Assembly (NCBI RefSeq): GCF_000015805.1 | Contig: NC_009073.1 | Location: forward strand, 1,500,001 to 1,532,000 | DNA: 32,000 bases | Direction: 5' to 3' | Origin: Pyrobaculum calidifontis JCM 11548 | Lineage (GTDB): Archaea > Thermoproteota > Thermoprotei > Thermoproteales > Thermoproteaceae | Shown here: piece after piece, positions 1 through 5,970 of the stretch | How the letters are laid out: every line of letters begins with the position of its first letter | How positions within the stretch are numbered: position 1 is the stretch's first letter | Notes under the pieces: generated by a model | Seen by the model: only the letters and a program-made list of their open reading frames with translations | Told to the model about the DNA's origin: nothing | Database searches by the model: none | Translations under genes and position numbers: made by a program

Positions 1-1
1 C

Positions 2-898
2 TTAGTCAAAGGCGATCCGCCCATGTACGCCGACGGCGGAGTCTACTTCGATGGACACCTACTGCACACATGGCCTGTGTTGGAGGAGATCATGGAGCAC
101 TTCCACCTCTCCGGCATTGGTAGCACTAAGACACACCACGAGGTGGCCCCAGGGCAGTACGAGGTGAATATACCAGCGGGCGACCCGCTGGAGGTGGCTG
201 ACAAGGTGCTGGCGTTTAAGATCTTGGCTAAGTCTGTGGCACAACGGCACGGCTACACTGCCACCTTTATGCCTAAGCCCTTCTGGGGCATAAATGGCTC
301 AGGCGCCCACGTGCATTTAAGCCTGTGGCGCGACGGCGAGAACCTCTTTGCCTCGGTGAAAGAGCCGCGGGAGGAGTTGAAATACGCCGTGGCGGGCATT
401 TTGCAAAACGCCATTGCAAACAGCGTATTTGTGGCGCCAACCGTCAACAGCTATAAGAGGCTTGTGCCTCACCACGAGGCGCCTACGCGCATAGTGTGGG
501 GCCTTGGCAACAGATCCGCCATGGTGAGAGTGCCCTACTACGGCGGTAGAATAAACAGGCTGGAGTATCGCCACCCAGACCCCTCGATGAACCCCTACGT
601 GGCCTTCGCGTCGATAGTGTTTTCCGCATACATGGGCGTTGAGAAGAGACTGGAGCCTCCGCCGCCTGTGGACACTGTGGCGTACGAGCTTGAGGGAGTT
701 AGAGAGACGCCTCGGCACCTCGGCGACGCGGTTAAGTACGCCCAAGAGTCGGCGCTTCTGCCCGAGGAATTTGTAAAGCCGTATTTAGCGCTGAAGGAGG
801 AGGAGTGGCTCAGCTATTTGAAGTCGGAGGGCGATTGGGAGAAGACGTGGAACAAGATAACGCGGTGGGAGTACAACGCCTATTTAGTCAACGTCTAA
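2..898 (+). CDS. glnA: Glutamine synthetase, C-terminal catalytic part (5' end lies left of the window)
   Basis: The frame is open from base 2, with no stop before the listed Met at 23. Motifs HHEVAPGQYEVNI, GINGSGAHVHLSLW, NSYKRLVPHHEAPTRIVWGLGNRSAMVRVP and RLEYRHPDPSMNPY are the classic GS catalytic-domain signatures. Confidence 0.9.
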   Translation, partial: LVKGDPPMYADGGVYFDGHLLHTWPVLEEIMEHFHLSGIGSTKTHHEVAPGQYEVNIPAGDPLEVADKVLAFKILAKSVAQRHGYTATFMPKPFWGINGSGAHVHLSLWRDGENLFASVKEPREELKYAVAGILQNAIANSVFVAPTVNSYKRLVPHHEAPTRIVWGLGNRSAMVRVPYYGGRINRLEYRHPDPSMNPYVAFASIVFSAYMGVEKRLEPPPPVDTVAYELEGVRETPRHLGDAVKYAQESALLPEEFVKPYLALKEEEWLSYLKSEGDWEKTWNKITRWEYNAYLVNV

Positions 899-1569
899 TG
901 TGTAGATTTTTCGTCGCCATAGGCGGATACCCGCCCGAGGAGGCTCTTGAGGATTTTGCGGCCGTCTCTAGGAGGGATAGGACCATGGGCTGGAGCCACG
1001 GCTCTGGGTGGGGCATGCTCTGGCTGAGGCGGGGCGAGGCCGGCGTCTATAGGTCTGTGAGAGCGATTTGGGAGAGCTTTGTGCCCCCTCCCCGCGGCTA
1101 CGACATATACGTCTTACACTCGCGCCTAGCCTCCGTGGGCTCTATTGCAATAGAGAATACCCACCCCATCCTGCGCGGGGGCTTTGCCATTGTACACAAC
1201 GGCACATTAGACAAGGAGGGACTCACGGCGGAGCTCAAGAGGCGGGGCCTAGACGTAAAGACCGCCGGGGGCACAGACACAGAGCTTCTGCTGTCTGCGT
1301 TCGTTGAGCTAGGCGGCAACGAAAAGGCGGCTAGAGAGGTCGCCGAAGTGGCCAAGAGGTATATCGACAGAGAGGAGCCGCTACTAAACTTCGCCATAGT
1401 AGACTTAAACGAGGCGCAGGTGTACCTATACACCTACAGGCTTGTGGAACATCCGCACTTCGTACCTCAGATCTCCAAGGGGAGCCCCATTTTAATAAGC
1501 TCAGAGCCCGTGGGCAGAGACTCTTGGATGCCTATACCTAACGATACGCTTCTCACACTCCGCACATAA
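898..1569 (+). CDS. Stand-alone class-II (Ntn, Cys-nucleophile) glutamine amidotransferase domain protein
   Basis: An in-frame ATG at 898 gives the N-terminus MCRFF, with Cys2 as nucleophile, as Ntn amidotransferases require. HSRLASVGSIAIENTHP, HNG and GTDTE motifs are present. The ATG shares a base with the glnA stop (TAATG at 896-900). The track ORF start at 805 is an upstream extension that overlaps glnA. Confidence 0.8.
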   Translation: MCRFFVAIGGYPPEEALEDFAAVSRRDRTMGWSHGSGWGMLWLRRGEAGVYRSVRAIWESFVPPPRGYDIYVLHSRLASVGSIAIENTHPILRGGFAIVHNGTLDKEGLTAELKRRGLDVKTAGGTDTELLLSAFVELGGNEKAAREVAEVAKRYIDREEPLLNFAIVDLNEAQVYLYTYRLVEHPHFVPQISKGSPILISSEPVGRDSWMPIPNDTLLTLRT

Positions 1570-1612
1570 AATACACAATTAGCCTGAATTTATTGAATTA
1601 TTTTCTGAATCG

Positions 1613-1652
1613 CCCCGGGACTATTAGGAATATAATGCACTAAACCCCGGGA
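1613..1652 (+). promoter_or_regulatory. TATA box (AATATAAT, 1629-1636) flanked symmetrically by two copies of CCCCGGGA (1613-1620 and 1645-1652)
   Basis: The TATA centre is about 26 nt upstream of the GTG at 1658, which fits a leaderless start. The two identical 8-mers are equidistant from the TATA centre. Their CCCGGG core is itself a palindrome. Confidence 0.4.
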
Positions 1653-1657
1653 GAGTT

Positions 1658-2767
1658 GTGCATTACGTACTTGGAATTGATTTATCTCCTGCCCAACCCA
1701 GGCCCATGGTCGATCTCAAGGAGCCCAGATACCACCCAGCGGTGTTGGAGTTCGAGAAGCTTGTTAAAGACAAGGAGAGATATAAGCAGGCCGTGGAAGA
1801 GTTCTTACGATATTCGTGGCGCTGGGCAAGAGATGAGAAGTATCAAACTGTGTTCAAAATACAGGCCGGCATACTGCGGGGCATAAGGGAGTTCTTAGAT
1901 TCGAGGGGGTTTGTCGAAGTGCTTGCGCCAGTCATAGGCCCAGTTACCGACCCTGGGATCAGGGGGGCTAGACAGGCGTCTATCGACTTCTACGGCGTGG
2001 AGTACAAGGTTATGTCGTCGGCTATTTTGTACAAGCAGTACATGGCGTCTGCGCTTGGGAAAATCTACTTCGTGTCGCCCAACGTGCGCCTTGAGCCTGT
2101 GGAGAGCATATACACAGGCCGGCACTTAGTCGAGTTCTACCAGGTGGATATAGAGATGTACAAGGCCACATACTACGATGCCATGGCCCTCGCCGAAGAC
2201 CTCGTCTACCACGTGGCGAAATATGTGAGAGAAGAGTACTGGAGGGAGCTTGAGGCGTTGGGGAGGGAGCTGCCCGAGTTTAAGAGGCCTTTCAAGCGCT
2301 ATGCCCACGCCGAGGCGGTCAAAATAGTGAACGAATACGGCTGTGTCAACAGCCCCCGCGAGGAGTTGAGGTGGGAATGTGAAAAGCTCTTCTCTGCCTT
2401 GCACACCTCCCCCGTCTTTATATACGACTACCCAAAGGGGTCTCGGGGCTTCTATGATAGAGAAGACCCGGAGAGGCCCGGCGTGTTGAGAGACTTTGAC
2501 ATGCTGTACCCAGAGGGGTTTGGGGAAGCTATCAGCGGGGCGGAGCGGGAGTACGAGCCAGATAGGTTGATTGAACGCATAAAGGAGGGCGGGGAAGACC
2601 CCGCGAAATACGGTTGGTTTTTACAAATGGCAAAGGAGCTGTATCCGTTGCAAACTGCTGGGTTTGGAATTGGTGTCGAGAGATTTACCAGGTACATATG
2701 TGGCTTGAGGGCCGTGTGGGAGGCAAGGCCGTTTCCAAAGCTTGCAGGAATAGCTCCCACGCCATAG
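1658..2767 (+). CDS. Class-II aaRS catalytic core without an anticodon-binding domain (AsnRS/AspRS-like); probable archaeal AsnA-type asparagine synthetase
   Basis: Class-II motifs are present: GFVEVLAPVI (motif 1 region), VEFYQVDIEM (motif 2) and GFGIGVERFTRYICG (motif 3). No N-terminal OB-fold region is present. The start is GTG 1658, supported by the TATA position; ATG 1706 is the alternative. Confidence 0.6.
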   Translation: MHYVLGIDLSPAQPRPMVDLKEPRYHPAVLEFEKLVKDKERYKQAVEEFLRYSWRWARDEKYQTVFKIQAGILRGIREFLDSRGFVEVLAPVIGPVTDPGIRGARQASIDFYGVEYKVMSSAILYKQYMASALGKIYFVSPNVRLEPVESIYTGRHLVEFYQVDIEMYKATYYDAMALAEDLVYHVAKYVREEYWRELEALGRELPEFKRPFKRYAHAEAVKIVNEYGCVNSPREELRWECEKLFSALHTSPVFIYDYPKGSRGFYDREDPERPGVLRDFDMLYPEGFGEAISGAEREYEPDRLIERIKEGGEDPAKYGWFLQMAKELYPLQTAGFGIGVERFTRYICGLRAVWEARPFPKLAGIAPTP

Positions 2768-2777
2768 ACTAGTTTGT

Positions 2778-2806
2778 GGCGCGAAAATTTCTAGCGCCTT
2801 TCTTTC
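2778..2806 (+). terminator. Imperfect hairpin GGCGC(GAAAATTTCTA)GCGCC followed by TTTCTTTC between convergent genes
   Basis: The inverted repeat GGCGC/GCGCC (2778-2782 and 2794-2798) and the T-rich run (2799-2806) lie directly after the stop at 2767. Archaeal termination is generally T-tract driven. Confidence 0.3.
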
Positions 2807-2814
2807 ACAATACT

Positions 2815-3972
2815 CTATTGCCCGAAAGCGTCTAGTACTGCCTCTAGCGCTTTTCCTACGTCTACCTCGTGTCCCATATCTCTTAGGCCTAGCCCCAGCG
2901 CCGCCACTGCAGAGAGGAGGTAGTCTAGGCTTGCTTGGACCCCCATGTGGCCTATACGCATCAGCTCCGCCTCTAGGGGCCCCCAGCTACCGGCCAACAT
3001 GACGCCGTACTTCTTCCAAATGTGGTCGCGGAGGGCGGCTGGGCTGGTGGGCGGCTTGAAGGCTGTGGCCGTGGGACATGTGCACTCTACTGAGCGGGGG
3101 TATGGCTCAAGCCCCATGGCCTCTATCGCCCTCCGCGCGGCGAGTCTCGTGGCCCTGTGGCGCCTGTATACGGAGTCGAGCCCCTCGTCGAATATCCTCC
3201 TTAGGCTCTCCTTTACGGCGTATATTAACACGTCTGGCATTGTGTAGGGGAAGAGGCCCTTGTCCAGCCACTCCTTCCACACAAAGTAGTTCATGTAGAA
3301 GCCTCCCCTCTTCACCTCCGCCGCCCTGTCCAAAGCGGCTTTGCTCAACGCCATTATCGTCAGCCCAGGCGGGGCGTTCAACGCCTTTTGAGAACCGCCG
3401 ATTAACACGCCTATTTTCCACTCGTCGAATTTTATCTCGTCGGCGCCGATGGAGGAGACTGCGTCAACAATCAACAAGGCGCCGTGGGAGGAGACGGCCT
3501 TGGCCACCTCGCCCAGCTCGTTGTAGACTGTGGATGGCGTGTCGCAGTGCACCAGCGTTACCACTTCCACGTCCTTGTTCTTCTCCAACGCCCTATCCAC
3601 CGCCGAGGGGTCCGCTGCCTGCCTCCAGTCTAGGCCCATCTTAATGGCCTCTCCGCCGTACATTTTGACCAAGTCGGCAAAGCCGTCGCCGTACACCCCG
3701 TTGTCGACTACCAGCACCTTTGTCCCAGGCTTCACGGCGTTGGCCACCGCGGCCTCTAGCCCCAGCATAGCCTCGCCTGCCCACAGATAGACCTCCCCCC
3801 TTTGGGCCCCCACAAGCGCCTTCACCATGTCCACAGTCTCTTTGTACTCCTGGAAGAACTGCGGGTCTAGGTCCGGGTTCGTGGTCTCTCTCAACAGGGC
3901 GGCTTTGACCCAAGGCGGCACCGCTGTGGGGCCTGGGGTGACAATCCTACGCTCGACGTACCTCTTGAACAT
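2815..3972 (-). CDS. Class-V pyridoxal-phosphate aminotransferase (serine-pyruvate / alanine-glyoxylate aminotransferase family)
   Basis: The N-terminal IVTPGPTAVP and the PLP-lysine motif GGSQKALNAPPGL are present. The length of 385 aa is typical of the family. Confidence 0.85.
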   Translation of the reverse strand: MFKRYVERRIVTPGPTAVPPWVKAALLRETTNPDLDPQFFQEYKETVDMVKALVGAQRGEVYLWAGEAMLGLEAAVANAVKPGTKVLVVDNGVYGDGFADLVKMYGGEAIKMGLDWRQAADPSAVDRALEKNKDVEVVTLVHCDTPSTVYNELGEVAKAVSSHGALLIVDAVSSIGADEIKFDEWKIGVLIGGSQKALNAPPGLTIMALSKAALDRAAEVKRGGFYMNYFVWKEWLDKGLFPYTMPDVLIYAVKESLRRIFDEGLDSVYRRHRATRLAARRAIEAMGLEPYPRSVECTCPTATAFKPPTSPAALRDHIWKKYGVMLAGSWGPLEAELMRIGHMGVQASLDYLLSAVAALGLGLRDMGHEVDVGKALEAVLDAFGQ

Positions 3973-4831
3973 GTCCCCTCCTGCCCGAGAGTATAAAAAC
4001 TACCAGGGCGAGGCCCAGCATGCCTACGCCGAGGAAGGCCAGCGCCACGCCCCTTATATCCACCTCCTTCACCACCTCTGTAACCGTGGTCGTGTAGACC
4101 CGCTCCGAGGCATATGTAACAGTAAGAGTCTCAGTTTTAGTAACAGTGGCCGTGGCCGTCTGAGTTACTGTCTCCGTTGCGCGCTGTGTGACAGTTTGAG
4201 TCACCGTGTGAGTTACCGTGCTTGTAACAACTATGGGAGAGGCGGGGGTGTAGTTGCCGTATAGCGTGATGTGCCAAGGCGACGGCGTAGGTGTGCGGAA
4301 CCAGAGCTTGATCAGATAGTCGTTGCATGGGTTTAGGTCTACTACCGATATGCTTCTAAAGGCCGTGTAATTTGCGGCGGCGAAGTGCACTTGGATTGGG
4401 TTGATCCACCTGGCGCGTACTGTCACAACGGCGCTGGGAGGGGCGTAGGAAGTCGTCTTGTTTACTACCTCTAGCAACGGCTGGGCGTCGCAGGCTGTGA
4501 CATTGGCTATCTTGACGCCCCATATCTCTATTCTATCCACCTCTTCTCCTCCGTCGAGGAGGGAAAGGGCCACGGCGCTGGCAGTTAGAGGTATTGAACA
4601 CGTGTTGTGGGCCGTGGGGCCTGTGCCGACGGGGCATGGGCCGCTCCACGAGCCGTCGAACCAGTAGAGGGCCACGTCTAAGGGCTTTTGAGCTGCCACG
4701 TGGGCCCAGACGTCTATGTAGGCCCACCGCGGCGCTAGGCAGAGGCACTGTTTTAGGGCAATTACTACGCCGTCGATGTAAGCGGCAGACACGGCGGCGG
4801 CTAGAAGGGCGAGGAGGACTAGGAGGCGCAC
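3947..4831 (-). CDS. Exported protein with signal peptide, Thr-rich (TVTQ)n stalk, C-terminal TM anchor and basic tail
   Basis: The N-terminus is MRLLVLLALLAAAVSAAY. Residues 202-252 read TSTVTHTVTQTVTQRATETVTQTATATVTKTETLTVTY...TTTVTE. The hydrophobic segment GVALAFLGVGMLGLALVVFIL is followed by SGRRGH. A TTTTTAAAAA TATA box at 4849-4858 sits about 22 nt upstream of the GTG at 4831. Confidence 0.6.
   Translation of the reverse strand: MRLLVLLALLAAAVSAAYIDGVVIALKQCLCLAPRWAYIDVWAHVAAQKPLDVALYWFDGSWSGPCPVGTGPTAHNTCSIPLTASAVALSLLDGGEEVDRIEIWGVKIANVTACDAQPLLEVVNKTTSYAPPSAVVTVRARWINPIQVHFAAANYTAFRSISVVDLNPCNDYLIKLWFRTPTPSPWHITLYGNYTPASPIVVTSTVTHTVTQTVTQRATETVTQTATATVTKTETLTVTYASERVYTTTVTEVVKEVDIRGVALAFLGVGMLGLALVVFILSGRRGHVQEVRRA
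4076..4228 (-). repeat. Low-complexity coding repeat: Thr/Val/Gln stalk (TVTQ-like units)
   Basis: Imperfect tandem T-V-T-x units are visible in the translation of residues 202-252 of the 3947-4831 protein. Confidence 0.6.
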
Positions 4832-4844
4832 GGAGGGGGGTCTC

Positions 4845-5054
4845 TCAGTTTTTAAAAATTTGTAAGACGCTCTCTACCTGGTCTTCTAGGTACCACTCTA
4901 GGACGTAGTCTAGGCGGCTGGCGAGGTAGAGCGCCTTTTTGTACGCCTTGTCCCAGGTGGAGTATCTGCTTACTAAGACCCAGTCCTTCTCTTCCACCTT
5001 TGCCCTAGTGACGAGGACTCTGGCCTCCTTGGGGTTTAGGTAGACCCGGAACAT
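4845..5054 (-). CDS. Small hypothetical protein (69 aa), paralog of the unlisted ORF at 12191-12364
   Basis: The internal ATG at 5054 (MFRVYLNPKE...) has a TTTTAAA TATA box about 23 nt upstream on the minus strand. The C-terminal half ALYLASRL-DYVLEW matches ALRLASFLADKFDYVLEW of the second copy. The track start at 5120 would put the promoter and a palindrome inside the CDS. Confidence 0.5.
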   Translation of the reverse strand: MFRVYLNPKEARVLVTRAKVEEKDWVLVSRYSTWDKAYKKALYLASRLDYVLEWYLEDQVESVLQIFKN

Positions 5055-5082
5055 GTACGTATACGTATACGCGTTTAAAAAG
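5055..5082 (-). promoter_or_regulatory. TATA box plus alternating Pu/Py palindrome (GTACGTATACGTATACGCGT) between the TATA box and the start of the small ORF
   Basis: GTATACGTATAC (5059-5070) and TACGTATACGTA (5056-5067) are perfect 12-bp palindromes. The TATA box (plus-strand GTTTAAAAAG, 5073-5082) lies immediately upstream on the minus strand. Confidence 0.35.
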
Positions 5083-5128
5083 CCGGAGTTTTTCAGCTTA
5101 CAATTATCCCCTAAGTACATTTAAACTT

Positions 5129-5935
5129 TCAGTTTACTCTCGTCGCGCCTTTCTCTATTTCAACCGCCTCGTAGAGCACGTCGGACAGCACCTTGTAGGC
5201 CGGAGAGACGGGGGCCAAGTCCTTTGCCACGTGCGCCGCCATGGAGAAAAGCCCAAGCTCCACATAGCGGATAAGCTCCCTCTTAAGCGCCTCCACGTCG
5301 CCCTCCTCCAGCCACTTGGCCAGCGGGGGCGTGTCCCAGCGGAGTTCTACGTCTTCCACAAAGACCTGTAGGCGTATCTCCACCCTATCCACGGCCAAGT
5401 CCTCCGGCGTGTTGACATTGTAGAGCCAGAGGGGGTCAACCCCGTGCTTAACAACGGATAGAAAGACGGTTGGAGATAGTCTGAACAGGTCGTCAAGGCG
5501 CCTCCTCTTGTGCGCCGCCAAGAAGTCCAGCGCCCGCCGAGCCTCCCGGGGAGAGGCCTTAAACACCGTCGACTCTACGCGGCCATTGGGGAAGACCCAG
5601 GTAGAGAAGACACCGCCTGCCTCGGCCAATCCCTTAAACACGGCCGGCGTTATGAAGGGCACGTCGCAGGGGGCAAAGAACACCTCTTCGTCGAAGTGGT
5701 GCAACGCCGTGTCCACCGCGGCGAGGGGTCCAGAGAAGCGGGGGCTGTCCTCCACCACGTCGACGCCTTTGTACAAATCGGCGTTGGGCCCGGGGGCCAC
5801 GTAGACTCGATCTGCCACGGCCCTTCCCGCCTCAGCCACTCTGTCTATAAACCTCTTCCCGCCCAGGGAGTATGTGCACTTGTCTCTTCCAAACCTCCTA
5901 GAGAGGCCCCCGGCGAAGATGACCAACACGGCCAT
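5129..5935 (-). CDS. mobA: MobA-like nucleotidyltransferase (molybdenum cofactor guanylyltransferase family) with a C-terminal extension of about 80 aa
   Basis: The N-terminus MAVLVIFAGGLSRRFGRDK matches the MobA LAGGxSxRxGxDK signature. ATG 5935 is favoured over GTG 5944 because the palindromic GTTATAAC TATA-like element (5955-5962) is about 23 nt upstream of 5935. Confidence 0.7.
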   Translation of the reverse strand: MAVLVIFAGGLSRRFGRDKCTYSLGGKRFIDRVAEAGRAVADRVYVAPGPNADLYKGVDVVEDSPRFSGPLAAVDTALHHFDEEVFFAPCDVPFITPAVFKGLAEAGGVFSTWVFPNGRVESTVFKASPREARRALDFLAAHKRRRLDDLFRLSPTVFLSVVKHGVDPLWLYNVNTPEDLAVDRVEIRLQVFVEDVELRWDTPPLAKWLEEGDVEALKRELIRYVELGLFSMAAHVAKDLAPVSPAYKVLSDVLYEAVEIEKGATRVN

Positions 5936-5943
5936 GGGCAACA

Positions 5944-5962
5944 CTTAATTACCAGTTATAAC
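5944..5962. promoter_or_regulatory. Divergent promoter region: CTTAATTA (for 5971, + strand) and GTTATAAC (for 5935, - strand)
   Basis: Each AT-rich element is centred 23-24 nt from the start codon it faces. Confidence 0.4.
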
Positions 5963-5970
5963 TTGTAGCT

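Noticed and set aside
805-897. An upstream extension of the amidotransferase ORF
   Set aside because: It overlaps the 3' end of glnA in another frame. Ntn amidotransferases need Cys directly after the initiator Met, and only ATG 898 provides that.
3078-3644. A 188-aa plus-strand Arg/Pro/Ser-rich ORF, and similar ORFs at 3107-3421, 3530-3790 and 3641-3913
   Set aside because: All are embedded in or antisense to the well-supported class-V aminotransferase gene. Their biased composition is typical of off-frame ORFs in GC-rich DNA.
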